DNA of 64,000 nucleotides from the human T2T-CHM13v2.0 reference genome, Homo sapiens (GCF_009914755.1 NC_060933.1); one strand, 5' to 3'; positions 27,560 through 41,000 are shown, numbered from the stretch's first letter. The notes: a model not told the origin generated them from the sequence alone. Translations and numbers: made by a program.

Positions 27560-27996
27560 CAAGACATGGTGATAGTCGCCAACAATTCCTCCCATCCCTG
27601 AACACACAAGACCTTTTTCCTTTCTCTTAGACTCTGGGCTGGCTTTGTGACTTGTTTTGACCAACAAAAATGCAGTGGAAGTGATGAGAGACTTTCAAGA
27701 GGTTAAGAAACCTGGCGGCTGCCTCTTTCTTACAGCCCTGCAGCCAAGCTCAAAGGAAAGCCAGGGCAGACTACTGAAGGATGAGTGGTCACATGGAGAG
27801 AAGCCCTGAAGGATGTGGCCATCTGGGACTTATCTGCTCCAGCCAAGTTTCCAGCTGAATGCCACCTGAGTGACTAAGCCAAAAGTACATGGAACAGAAT
27901 AAGTGCTCAGTCACCCTGATCAACCCAGACTTGGGAGGAAAAATAAATTATAGTTCTCTGTAATAATTTGTTTCATAGCAACAGATAACTAAGACA
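27560..27996 (+). mobile_element. MLT1 (G/H-like) LTR
   Basis: gactctgggctggctttgtgacttgttttgaccaac...ccagctgaatgc...tttgtttcatagcaacagataact. Confidence 0.7.
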
Positions 27997-28496
27997 AAGG
28001 GTATTCTCCTTACTTCTGCTCTTAATACAGTACCACTCAAGCCTCTAGGGGGACAGTGGCTATGGATCCCAAAAGACAGTACTCTCTTGGCACAGTGGTA
28101 GTACTGGGGTACCCTGAGATGACTAAACAGGCAGTGAATTTAAATGGTGGCAAGAGAAGTAGGAGTGCACATGAAGTGGGAGAGCAAAATGATGATAGAG
28201 GCCATATGGTAAGTATTGCCAATAAACTAGTCCATAAGATATAAAGAGATGAAAACCTAGGAATGGTAGAAGATCCCAGCTGAAGGTGTAGGCAAGAGCC
28301 AGTACAATCTGAGTTATAGTTTCTGTGGCTCTGTTTGCACAAGCTAGGAAGGACTCAGAAAGAGTCAGGTGGCATTAATAACGCCTAAGTCTATTACCAC
28401 CACTCATATCCGCCACACTGTGGTTATCAGGAAGGGACATAAATCCATCATGGGCAGAAACACAAAACTACCAACAATCAGAGCACTGAAGCCGCA

Positions 28497-28880
28497 GGTG
28501 GCAGAAACTGCCAGTTGATCATCAAACTGATTTCTTCCTGTTCCTGGGCACACGATCAGACGACATTCCCCAGCCTCTCTAGCAGTTGGATGAGTCCATG
28601 TGACTGAGTTCCAGCCAACAGAATATGGATGGAAATGATGAACACCACGTGCCAGCCTGACCAGGAAACACTGCCACACTCTCCTGCTTGCCCAGCAACC
28701 TTGGAAATTACATGCTGATGGCCATGGAGCCTCAAGACAGAAAGACCGACCATGAGTCTCTGATCTACTGCTTGCAGGAGAGCTGCCACCTAAACCAGAA
28801 CTGGTGAATGAAAAAGTGGTGTACTACTAAGATTTGGGAATTTATCTTTTATGCCCTTATAATACATCCTAGCTGTACAT
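28497..28880 (+). mobile_element. MLT1J-like LTR
   Basis: cattccccagcctctctagcagtt...ccatgtgactgagttccagccaacagaatatg. Confidence 0.7.
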
Positions 28881-29514
28881 ATGGCAGCACTAAGCATCTA
28901 TACCTGAAAATATTCTTTAGAGCAAAGATACCCCACAAGGGTCTCCAGGTGTTTTGGAAAACTATAATATAGTAATGAAAAGTCCGTAGCTATGTTCAAT
29001 ATTCAAAATGCCTAAAGAAAATTCTACATTTAGGTTTCCAGGCTAATTAAAACATCAAGCCTCTCTGCTTTTGGCTGCGATGCATCACTTGAGCTAGCAG
29101 CACTGGCCAACTCGTGCCAGTCAGGAGCCTGGAGCTGCAGTATGGCCAAATAAATATCCCTGTAAAATGCAGCTTGTTTAGTCAACAAAAATCTTTCATT
29201 ACATGAAATAATAGAAGTGATACCTGGTGGTACAAAGATTTGGAATCACTGCTCTCACATACCATATCGATATAGTTGGGTCCCTTCATGTTATTTTTTT
29301 CCTTAAGGAAAATGGGCATCATAACAATGAACGATTATATAAAAGCAGATTCAAAAATTACTAAGGTATCAATGGATATTATTTTATCTTTCTGAAAGCA
29401 CCAAGAATAGATCTGGCTGACGCTATTAACCAATTGGATGACTTTGGGCATGTTATTTAAATCTTTCAGAACCTAAATTTCCTCAATGGTAAAAGGGGGC
29501 TTCTTTCATTTGCC

Positions 29515-30172
29515 TACGGTGGCCCTCAGGCTTGGGGGCCACCAGCACTAGCAGGAGTGCTTGTTAAAGAAGACCGCTGGGGCCCACCCCACTTCCATTC
29601 ACCAGGTCTGGAGTGGGGTCTAAGAATTTGCATTTCTAATAAGCACTCAAGTTTAACAGGTTTCTCCAGAGAAAGAGAACCAACTGGGTGGGTGGGTGGA
29701 TAGGGGTGTGTGTGTGTGTGCGTGTTTGTGTGTGTGTGTGTGTGTAAAGAGAAAAAGGGAGAGAAGGGAGAGATTGACTGATTTCAAGGAGTTGGCTCCC
29801 ACAACTGTGGGCCTCGCAAGTTTAACATTTTGCAGGGCAGGCCAGTAGGGTGGAATTCCAGTAGGAGTCACTGTTCCAGTCTTCAGTCTGAAGGTAAACT
29901 GGAACGGAATTCCTCTCTTCTGGGTTTCTCAATCTTTTCTCCTAAGGCTTTCAGCTGATTGGATCAGGCCCACCAGAATTATGGAGAGTAATCTGCTTTA
30001 CTCGAAGTCTACTGATTTAAATATCAATGACATCTAAAAAATAACTCCATAGCAACATCTAGACTGGTGTTTGAGTAAACAAGTGGGCATAATGGCCCAG
30101 TCCAATTGACACCCAAAATTGAACACCACATCAGGTGCTGCTGAAGTCCTGGTATTCCTGAAAGCCACTGCC
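29515..30172. mobile_element. MER5A hAT element split by an MLT2 insertion
   Basis: caggtctggagtggggtctaagaatttgcatttctaataag before the insertion; tcaggtgctgctgaagtcc...aagccactgcc after it. Confidence 0.65.
29652..30130 (-). mobile_element. MLT2 (ERVL) LTR with internal (TG)n
   Basis: ttctccagagaaagagaacc...gtaatctgctttactc...aattgacacccaaaattgaacaccaca; TSD-like tcaag/tcagg. Confidence 0.85.
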
Positions 30173-30280
30173 CTACAGGACAGCGATGAAGATACATAAG
30201 CCAAGCCAAGTAAAATCATCTAGTAGCAATGGGCTTTTAAATTATAATGGCCTCTTCTACTCCTCTTTTCAGGCTATTAC

Positions 30281-30516
30281 TTTTTTTTTTTGGAGACAGT
30301 TTCACTCTTGTCGCCCAGGCTGGAGTGCAATGACGTGATCTCGGCTCACTAGAACGCGGGCTAATTTTTGTATTTTTTAGTAGAGATGGGGTTTCACCGT
30401 GTTGGCCAAGCTGGTCCGGAACTCCTGACCTCAGGTAATCCACCCGCCTTGGCCTCCCAAAGTGCTGGGATTACAGGGGTGACTGGGATTACAGGTGTGA
30501 GCCACCACGCCCGGCC
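30281..30516 (-). mobile_element. AluS (Sp/Sq-like) with an internal deletion and an 18-bp duplication
   Basis: TSD tcaggctattac / tcaggcttttac; right arm jumps from ggctcact to ggctaattttt via agaacgcg. Confidence 0.95.
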
Positions 30517-32554
30517 TCAGGCTTTTACATTTTTAACCCATCAGAGAAACCACACTTTTCACTCCCCAAATATTTGAGAGAATATTCTTGAAAAGAGAAT
30601 GTTAAAATGCATACCTGTGGCTGCTTCCTAAATTCGATTACCCAATTTCTGGATTACCCCCTTGTTTCTATCAACTGAGCCCCTTTTCTATTCCATAAGT
30701 ATAAAAACCAAAAGTTTAATGACATTACTGAAGTCACCAAATCTCAGATTCGACAGACCACCGACACTAAAACAAGGTTAGTATGGTTTTCCACCTATGC
30801 CTACGATTTCTCAAACCTTCATGGATAGAAACGTAGAAACCTCAATTTCAAAATTAATGCTCATATTCTGACCAGGCGGTTAATAATTACATGTTACATA
30901 AAGGGGGTGAATAATTTTGTATGTTGCAAAGTTGTAAAATGATATTAAAAATGCTAATTTATCTAAGAGAGTTGTTTCCTACTAGGATTACATTCTTGCT
31001 TTTTTTTTTTTTTTTTTTAACACATTTTAAAAATCTGCACTTCACAGCAGTTAGGAAGTATCAGAATCTGGTTCTGATTTAATCAGATGAGAAGTAATTC
31101 AGCTTCAGGCCATAATGACACTTGGTGGGAGAGGTCGGGAGGCTTTCACACATTTAAAAAAAAAAAATACAAATCTCTTTCACTCTTCCCTTGAACTTTC
31201 CCTCTGCTTGATACTATTCCTAGATTTTAATTCCAAATTCTCCCAAGGGCAGAGAAAAGCCATCTAATGTGTTAGAATGTAAGATATCTTTAATAAGGTT
31301 TTCATGATACCAGATTCAAATAAGCCACTGTTTAAAAACTTATTTTGGCAAGGGTGGCAATAAAAATATTTATATAGAGACATACATCCACACACACCTC
31401 TATTTACTCATCCATCCACACACACACATCCTTTTTTGACCAACCAAACTCTTTTCTTACCAAAAACATTTGGATAACCCTTATCTAAATTATTATTTTA
31501 CTTCACAAATTTTGTTCCACAGTTTCTTGTTATAGGGATTAGGAAAAAAAAATCAATCAGCTGGGGGGAACTCTAGATTTAAGAAGCTCCATTATTTTGG
31601 AAAGTCTCTGATATTTTAATACGCTGATACGTGCTGCGACTTTTATTAAAATGTGTGTGTGACTGTGTGTATTCACTATTTCCCAAACTTATTTGTTCAT
31701 CAACTTTTGTTCCCTGTTCAGTACATCTCTCAATATTTAAGTTCTATTCAAACATGCAAGAAAATAGCTTAAAGATGTATTCAGGAAGAATTTACACTAA
31801 CAGTTGATGGACTTCCATTAAAAGAAGCATCTGTAAATATTACGCTCTGTTTGTAAATTCAGGTCAGTAAGGCTATGTCTTCAACCGAGGAAGAAAGTAG
31901 AGTCTAAGCCTTAACAACGACTCTGCTTCTTCAGTTTTACTGCATTTGAAAAAACTTGTTTCCCTATAATAATGATGATGGTGTTTCAAATCCGTCTGGA
32001 CAAATGGTATAACAATAGCTTAACACTCTAGGGAGACAACAAATGTCGTATGATAAAAGAACCCAAAATATCAACACTAGTCCTTTCTAGGTTAAGATTA
32101 TGAGTTCTTTCTTCTTCACGCTGTTCTGCATTTTGTAAATTCCCTGAAATGAGCTATAACTTTTCTAATCAGAAAATAAATATAAGTATCATTTTAAAAG
32201 GTAGTCTAATATATTTTCTTCTCAGGGGATATTTCATAACATAAATAGTTACAATGCCATGATTTTTATCGTCATAACCAACCAGAGAATACAGAAAACC
32301 TAGATCAGAAATTAAAACTAAAATATGAAACATGTCCCAAAAGTGCTAACCTTGCCTCTGTTTTGTCATCATATATGAGCTGCTCTTCATTAAGAAAGGA
32401 GAATCTTCACTTTCACAGGAAATGTGCAGCAAACTACTAGAGAGCTATGTTTTCACCTAACTAGAACTTGGATGAGGAAAAAAAAGAAAACCATTAGCAT
32501 TATAGCCAATAATTTACTTTCAGAACAGTCATTTATGGAACAGTTTCTAATATC

Positions 32555-32607
32555 TGTGGTAGGCTGGATAACAATTACAACAACCCCCCCTCCCCATCCC
32601 TGGCCCC

Positions 32608-32654
<47 letters not shown>

Positions 32655-33108
32655 TATCCATGTCTTAATTTCTGGAGTCAGTGAATCTTACCTTATATGT
32701 TAAAAAGGATTCTGAAGATACGATTAAGGATCATGAGATGGGGAGATTATCTTGGATTATCTGGGTGAACTCTAGATATAGTCAGGTGTGTTCTTATAAT
32801 AGGGAAGCAGAAGGCAATGTGGTGACACAAGAGAAGGCCTGTGGTCACAGAGACTGGAGTGATGCAGCCACAAGCCAAGAACTTGGGCAGCCACCAGAAG
32901 CTGGAAGAGGGAAGGAACAGATTCTCCCTTAGAGACTGTGAGAAGAATGGCTTCCAGGGGGAGGTGTGGTTCTGTGAAAGCACTGATTTTAGCCCAGTGG
33001 AACCACTTCACAATTCTGGCCTCCAGAACTGTGAGGGAATTAATTTCAGTTGTTTTAAGCCACCAAGTTTGTGGTAATTTGTTACAGAAGCCATAGAAAA
33101 CCAATGCA
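32555..33108 (+). mobile_element. MLT1C/D LTR containing a C-tract and (CA)n
   Basis: tgtggtaggctg...gagatggggagattatcttggattatctgggtg...ttgttacagaagccatagaaaaccaatgca; TSD atatc/atacc. Confidence 0.9.
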
Positions 33109-33953
33109 ATACCCCAGTCGCAAGTAGGCAAGTGGTCTTGACTTCTGCAAGGCTGGGGAGACAGACCTTCTGGCTGATTGGATCTTGAAGACAATCCCCA
33201 CCTTTGGTGACTATTCCTCCACCCTGGTGCAGGGATGAGCAGGGCACTGGCTTGCAAGCTCTGGGTGCAGTTCCTTTTAGTCGCACTGTTGAAGTGTGTT
33301 AACTAAATCTGACAGACGTGAATCTGGTCACGTGAATACCTGGGATAATGTCCGTTTATTATTAAACACATCATTTCCTGAGATTCTTAGCTTGATGTTT
33401 AAAATCATCTCTCTTGCTAGGAAATTAATAAAATATGCATCTGACACAATTATGTCCACACCTACAATCCTGATGTCAAACAAAAAGCCCCACAAATCTA
33501 GAAACTAGAGAACGTTGTATATAAGAAACAGGTGAGAAAGAGGCAACTCACTAAGCTTATTGATTAAACTTTGAAAGAATAAAACATATACTGTGGGAAA
33601 CATCGGCAATTGAAGGAACAATTGCTGTACTTGTGAATCAAATTCATTCCACTTAAGAGCTCCATGATCTCCAAGTAGTACCAGAATTGAAAAGAAGTTA
33701 TTGCATTTAAAGGTTTAATTTAAATTTAGGTCCTTCAACAGCAAGTTCAATGATTTATCATACTGATTGAATTCTAATTCTCTTACAATGTTGAAATCTA
33801 AAAAACCATTTCCTTCAAACACTAGTGCCACTGAGAAACACACTTATAGAACTCCTTAATCCTCCAAAAATAATGTAACACATGCATCATTTAATTCAAC
33901 GAGGCAGTGTTATTGTCATATAGTGATAAAATTAGTAGTTCTATGCCAAAGAA

Positions 33954-34108
33954 TACCTTGGGCATAGGAGGCATGGTATTTTTTTCTGGTAGTCTTCCAG
34001 AAAACCTGGCGTAGCAAAATGACAAAGTATTGATGGCTTAATATCATAAATATGGAACGAATTATATATAACTTACTAGAAAACAGAGTAACAATCTAAA
34101 TAACTCAC
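33954..34108 (+). repeat. 155-bp unique segment, inferred donor of the direct copy at 38007-38161
   Basis: 8 mismatches and no indels versus 38007-38161 by manual alignment. Confidence 0.95.
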
Positions 34109-34171
34109 GTTTCTTCAAGAGGGACTTAATTCCCTTTCCTAATACCTCACTCTATACCACGCTCTACATAA

Positions 34172-34733
<562 letters not shown>

Positions 34734-34803
34734 AGTATATTACTATCTCAGTGTAAAGTAATGGGAATTCAAATCTCAATGTCGATTAATTTCAAATAAA
34801 GGT

Positions 34804-35080
34804 TGTGGCAGAGACTTGCTAGCTCTTCAAAACCCGTTTTGTCTTATTCATGGGTGCACAGCTAGACTAGATTTCCCAGCCTCACTTACAGTTAGCGTTG
34901 AACTAAGACTGTGGCCAATCAAATGCAAGTATAATAATGTGCATTGTTTCCTGGTCTGGCCCATATGCCCCCAAAGAAACAATTCTCCACATTCCTTACC
35001 TTTCTCTACCCCAGCCTCAGGAGCCATGTGTTCAAGAAGACCGGCAGAGCCACAAAATGGAAGGAGCCTGGAGGAATAAA
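34804..35080 (+). mobile_element. MLT1J-like LTR fragment
   Basis: cacagctagactagatttcccagcctc...cagagccacaaaatggaaggagcctgg. Confidence 0.65.
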
Positions 35081-36309
35081 TATATTTGATTGGCACTGAT
35101 TTCTTGCAGTAGCTAGCATTAGCTTTACTATACATTGGTTTTGCTTTATTTGTTAACTTATGTATTGATTCAGTTAAAACAAAAACACATTGGGTACTCA
35201 AAACATGACAGAAAACAAACAAGTGACTCACCCTGAAAATTCAGCAAGTAAAGGAAACAATGTAACTAGACAAAAATCCAATGATGCACAGTCCTGAGTC
35301 CTACGAATGAAATGTGTACAGAGTTCTGGAAGTTTTTGTGGAAATGGGAGAATGAAGCTAGCTTAAGTTGATTCTTGAAGTACAGACAAGGCAGGGGCGT
35401 TTCCAAACACAGGAATAAGCTCACGCAAAAGCCGCAAGGTGTCCGATGATTGTGGGCCCTGTGGGGATGCAGTGGTGGCAAGAAGTAAGGGACGGGGCTC
35501 CATGTACAGGCAGGGGAGCCGTAACTGCAGGCTTGGTACTCTCAGCAACACCCTTCACACACTAGTACCACTGCCCAATAATGTTAATACCACTGCCCAA
35601 CAATGTTAGTACCTTTGCTGGGGAGACTGGACTTTATTCCGAAGGCATTTCCTGAATGGAAAATCACAGTCTGGTAGGCACAGACAGAGTTAAAACTGTG
35701 ATTTGAGAAAAACATCCACGTACCAGGTAGAGAATACACTTTTCCCCTTAAGGGATGTGGTAGTTAAGGAAGGCAAAGAACCAGTAATAGGTAGATTAAG
35801 TTTACAAGTTACTGGATTATTACATCTCAAATCCAAGGTTTTGTACAGATGACTTTTAACCCACCTTCTAAAATATACCCAGGGTAATCGTTTCCAAAAA
35901 CGACATATTCAGTTAGGCAAATTACTCCTTTACAAATCTAGACACTTCATCACTTTTTATACATCCCTATTAGACATTAATCACAGAGTATTTCTATCTC
36001 ATGTCTCTTTTTAAATTCATATTGAAGGAGAGAAGAAAAAACGAACAGAAAGGACAACAAATACAGAGTTAATATCGCATCTATCCAGAGCTTAGCTGTC
36101 AAGCAACGATACCCAGGAGAACCATCCAAAAAGTGAAAAGGTCTCTGACAGGTGAAGACAGTTGTCACACTGGCTAGTGACTAAAGATGTGGCAATTTTC
36201 CCATAGGAAAAGCTCTCAAAACCTTATTTTGATAGTCAAAATCATGTGAAAATCCCTCAAAACCTTATTTTGATAAAGCTGTATAGAAAAGGTAAGTATC
36301 CAGGTTTTT

Positions 36310-37850
36310 AAAAAATTAAGACTTTTTTAGAGCAGTTTTAGGTTTACAGCGAAAATGTGTAGAAAGTATATATACTCCTCCTTCCCACCCTGATATATGC
36401 AGTTTTCCCTACTATTAACCTCTTGCATTAATGTGGTATATTTTGAAAATTCGTGTACGACTATGGATATATGATTAACTTAAGTCCATTGTTTACATTA
36501 GGATTAACTGTGTTGCACATGCTACGGGTTTTGACAAATGCATAATGTCATGTAGCTACCTTTAATGTCATACAGAACAGTTCCACCACCCTAAAAATCC
36601 CTTGACTACCAATTCATCTCTCTGTTCCTCTCACCCCCTGCCACTCTGGAAATCACTGATCTTTTTATTGTCTCTATATAGTTTTGCCGTTTCCAGAATG
36701 TCATATAGATGGAATCATATAGCATATAGCCTTTTCACAATGGTTTCTTTCACTTAGTAGTATGCCAGTTCCATGTCTTGTCATGACTGGATGGCTCGTT
36801 TCTTACCACGAAGAGTACTCTATTGCATGGATGTACCATAGTGTCCCCATTCAACTATTAAAGGACATCGTGATTGCTTCCAATTTTGGCCGATGATGAA
36901 TAAAGCTGCTATAACATTCACATGCAGGTTTTTGCGTGGATGTAAGTTTTCATTTTGGTAAATAACTAAAAGCTTGATTGCTGGGTTGCATGTTTAGCTT
37001 TCTAAAGAAACCGCCGAACTGTCTTCCAAAGTGGCTGTAGCATTTTACGTTCCTACCAGCAATGAATGAGAGTTTCCATTGCTTTACATTCTCACCCGCA
37101 TTTGGTATGATGAGCGTGTGAATTTTAGTCATTCTAATAGATGTCTAGTGGTATTTCACTGTTGTTTTAATTTACAGTTCCCTAACATATCTCAAGCATC
37201 TTTTCATATAATTATTTTCATTTGCATATATCATTTGGTATTCAGATCTTTTGCCCATTTTAATTGGGTTTTCTTATTGTTGAATTTTAACAGGTTTTTA
37301 AATACATTTTGCTTAATTGCCCTTTATCAGATAATGGGGTTTTGTAAAGATTTTCTCCAAGTCTGTGGCTTTTCTTCTCATTCTCTAACGGCGTCTTTTG
37401 CAGAACAAAAGTTTTAAATTTTAATAATATCCAGTTTATCAACTTCTTTTTCCCATGGATCATGCTTTTTGTTGTTGTATCTAAAAAGTCATCACCAAAC
37501 CCAGGATTGCCTATATTTTATCCTAGGTTATCTTCTAGGGGCTTTATAAGTTTAGGTTTTACATTTAGGGCTATAATCTACTTTGAGCTAATTTTTGTGA
37601 AAGGTATAAGGTCTGTATCTAGAGTCACTATTTTGCAAAAATATTCAGTTGTTCCAGAACCATCTGTTAGCAAGACTGTCCCTTCTCCAATAAATTGCCT
37701 TTGCTCTTTTGTCAAAGATCAGTTGACAATATTTGTGTGGGTCTCTAGTGTCTCTATTCTGCTCCACTACTCTATTTGTCTGTTCTTTCACCAATACCAT
37801 GCTGTCTTAATTACTGCAGTTTTACAATAAGTCTTAAAGTCAGGTAGTGA
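36310..37850 (-). mobile_element. Old L1M (MB/MC-like) 3' portion
   Basis: ttttagagcagttttaggtttacag...gaataaagctgctataacattc...caataccatgctgtcttaattactgcag; ORF 36950-37132 resembles the L1 ORF2 end. Confidence 0.9.
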
Positions 37851-37885
37851 CTGACTGTTAATAAGAAAGGGGAAAAAACACTCAC

Positions 37886-37923
37886 CATAGAAAGGTACAT
37901 GGTAACTCATTAAATATATCTAT
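37886..37923 (-). other. Candidate 38-nt cassette exon
   Basis: Acceptor gtgcttcttttctctccag and donor ATG|GTGAGT; motif evidence only. Confidence 0.3.
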
Positions 37924-37924
37924 C

Positions 37925-38258
37925 TGGAGAGAAAAGAAGCACCTAGAAGTCGAGGCTGCTCTGTCAGCCTGGATGCATCCCAGAGTGAAGACACAGCAAG
38001 GCAGGGTACTTTGGGCATAGGAGGCATGGTATTTTTTTCTGGTAGACTTTCAGAAAACCTGGCTTTGCAAAATGACAAAGTACTGATGACTTAATATCAT
38101 AAATATGGAACGAATTATATATAACTTACTAGAAAACAGAGTAACAATCTAAATAGCTCACTTTCATCTCTAATGAATCGGATGAATGCCATTTTAAGCC
38201 AATGAGGTTTGGGTTTTTGTTTGTTTGTTACTATAACTTAGCCTATCTCAGCCATGAC
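37925..38258 (+). mobile_element. MLT1-like LTR remnant interrupted by the 155-bp copy
   Basis: ggctgctctgtcagcctgg...cccagagtgaagacac before; ttttaagccaatgaggtttggg...tttgttactataa after. Confidence 0.55.
38007..38161 (+). repeat. Direct copy of 33954-34108
   Basis: About 95% identity by manual alignment. Confidence 0.95.
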
Positions 38259-39022
38259 ATCCTGATCTGGAAATAATTTCAATTACTTTAATGAAGGAAT
38301 GTCACTTTTGATCTCCAAATCCTTCATCAAGAACAGAACAAATAAGCATCAGCAATGCTCCTATAAGTGTAGCCATGTAACATTAGACATGGTAGTTTTA
38401 AGAAATAAGAAGTAAAACCTTGGGCTTTGGAAGATAAAGATAGGGCTTTTAGATAGTAATTATTTAGAAGTTAAAGGGCATCTGCATCCAGGCAACAGCT
38501 TTTAGTTTGAACTTCATTTAGGCAGGGACTCTTACTACCTGAGAGAGTAGAATATAACTTCTCACACTACTGTAGGGAGGCTGAAGCATGGACAGGAAAT
38601 CAGAGCAGAGGGCAGGCAGAGCTGCGATACAACACCAAGACAGCAATTTGCTGACAATCAGTGATGAGGTGCATGCATTTGTGAAGAAAACTGGATGCAA
38701 ATCACTAGTGAGCAACTAAACAGACTCTGTACTTGAAGAAAATTTTGGCCACTTTCATTAGAAGAGACTGAGAAACCCATGCAAAGAAGGTAACAGATTC
38801 CAGGACAGACTTGAGGGGAGGAACAAAATAGTTCAGGACACACGGGACAATCAGCAGAACATCAAAGGGGCAAGTAGACTGGCCTGAAGGGAATGGTGTA
38901 CCCCACCAGATCCTTTGTGAAAAACAGCTAAAAGTTAATACCACATCCCATACTCTGAACTGTGCAATTATTGTGAATATTCACATTTCAATACACAGGC
39001 CACATTTTCAACAATAATAGAG

Positions 39023-39235
39023 TAGGCATTGGCAAACCAGGGTGTCAGTCCAAATCTGGCTGCTAATTGTAAATGAAGTTTTTCTGGAGCACTGCCACAC
39101 CCACTTGTTTATGTATTATCTGTCTGTTTCAGCACTATAAGAGAGCTGAGTAGTTACAACAGAGGCCAATGGCTTGCAAAGCCCAAGGAATTTACAATCT
39201 GGCTCTTTAGACAGAAAAGGGTTGCTGCCTCCTGA
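39023..39235. mobile_element. MER58A hAT-Charlie
   Basis: ggcattggcaaac...ccaaatctggc...gagctgagtagttacaacagag...gggttgctgcctcctg. Confidence 0.8.
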
Positions 39236-39879
39236 CCTAGAGAGTATGGATTTAGTCATTCAATAAAACCTTTTGTTGTCTTTGAGAAACTTAAAGTTTT
39301 AGAACACGCTTCTACTACCTTTATTTTAAAGGCCCTATCTGTCCACCAATGTCAATATTCTTGTATCTGTAAGAAATTTAAAAAATTACAGAGTGAGTTA
39401 ATGGAGGAAAGCTTCTGGGATGCTGGTCTTACTCTGTTCCTGATCTGGAGGCCCGGGACATGGGAATTTCCAGTGTGAAAACTCATCAAGCTATATACAC
39501 TTATGTGCACTTTTCTGGGTTTTTGGGGTATATATGTATACTGTGCTTCAATAACATTTTTTTAAAAAGCATGTATTACCTCATCCCTTATAGAATTTCA
39601 ATAGGCAGCATGTATCAACTACCTCTCACAGACTGGACTCCACACTAAGTACTGAAATGAAGATACATAAAGCGTACAGTTACAGAGCTCGGCAGAGTAG
39701 ACGGTCAATATATATAAAAGCACACAAATAACTATATACTGTCAAGTATGTAAGCTGCAGGATTCAACTACAAGCTCGTAACAATCTAACTAAACTAGCT
39801 CAGGCAAAAGGGAAACTCATTGGCTCAGAGATTCCAAGCAAGTGTTATAGCAAACTGGGAACAGAGAAGCATCTAGGCC

Positions 39880-40092
39880 AGTGGTTCTCAAGTTAAGATG
39901 ATTTTTGCCCCGCAGGGGATACTTGGTAATGTCTGAAGACAATTCTGGTTGTCACTACTGGGGGAGAGCTAGTGGCGTCTAGTGGTAAAGGCCAGGTATA
40001 GTGTTAGATACCCTACAATGCCCATGACAACCCCTGACAACAAAGAATAGTTTGGCTCAAAATGTCAACATTGCCGAGGTTGAGAAACCTTG
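39880..40092 (+). mobile_element. MER20 hAT-Charlie
   Basis: cagtggttctcaa...tttttgccccgcaggggatacttggtaatgtctg...aaaatgtcaacattgccgaggttgagaaacc. Confidence 0.9.
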
Positions 40093-40099
40093 ATCTGAG

Positions 40100-40255
40100 T
40101 GTTACTATAAGTGTGGTCTGTCGAAACAGCAGCTTTTAGCAGCATCTTAAAGTAGATCAAAAATTCAGAATTGTGGCCCTACCCCAGATAATTTAAATCA
40201 GAATGTGCATAAGATCCCAGGTATCCCTTGAGCACATGAAGGTTTGAGAAGCAGG
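40100..40255. mobile_element. MER5-family fragment
   Basis: aagtgtggtc...cagcagc...aaatcagaatgtgcataagatcccaggt...aggtttgagaagca. Confidence 0.6.
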
Positions 40256-40604
40256 ACCCTCAGCTCCTACCACATCTGGAGTCAGGTAATGACTTTGCCA
40301 GGCATGTTTCTCCCTGCGTGACTTCTCATCTCTTGCTGTAGATGAGATTTTGCCTCACGCAGGAATGTTGGCTGCTATAGGTTACTAAGATTCACGCCTC
40401 GTATCTCCCCCTCCATGCAAGCGGTGCTGACTTGCTTCTCAGGTGCTGAGTTTACCAAATTTTAGGTGGCTTTTATAGGTACCAAGGAAAATAATGGGGG
40501 TACTATAATAAATCTACCTGGATTTGGGATCAGGAAAGCCAACGCTGAAAAATTTAAGCTGATTTCTGAAAAACAACGACAGTTGGCAAGCAAATTAAGG
40601 CGTT

Positions 40605-41000
40605 TGTCAAATATTTACTAAGCACTTACTATGTTCCAGACGCTGTTCTGGACCTAGGAATGTATCAATGAAAAGGACAAAGTCCTGATCCTACCCTTGA
40701 GGAGTTTATATTCCACTGGGCAGAAGCAGACAAACACATAAACAAAGAGAAAGCACAATACAGTTGCAGAACCTGATAAATGCTGCCAGGGAGGGAAGCA
40801 GGCAAAGCATCTGGAGAATAAAGGATGATGTGACAGAACACCTAGGGCCCAAGGACAAATATGTTAGGAAGGACTCTCCAAATGACGTTAAGATTTGGAC
40901 TGAGACCTGAAGAAGGAGTTAGCCAAGCAACCAGGAGAACGGTATTCTACAAAGACAGATCGGCACAGGAAAAGGCCCTGAGGAGTGAGAGCTCCACAAG
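40605..41000 (-). mobile_element. L2 3' fragment
   Basis: caaatatttactaagcacttactatgttccagacgctgttctggacctagg. Confidence 0.7.

Noticed and set aside
32772-33257. Longest ORF in the window (161 aa)
   Set aside because: Mostly antisense MLT1 LTR; no recognisable domain
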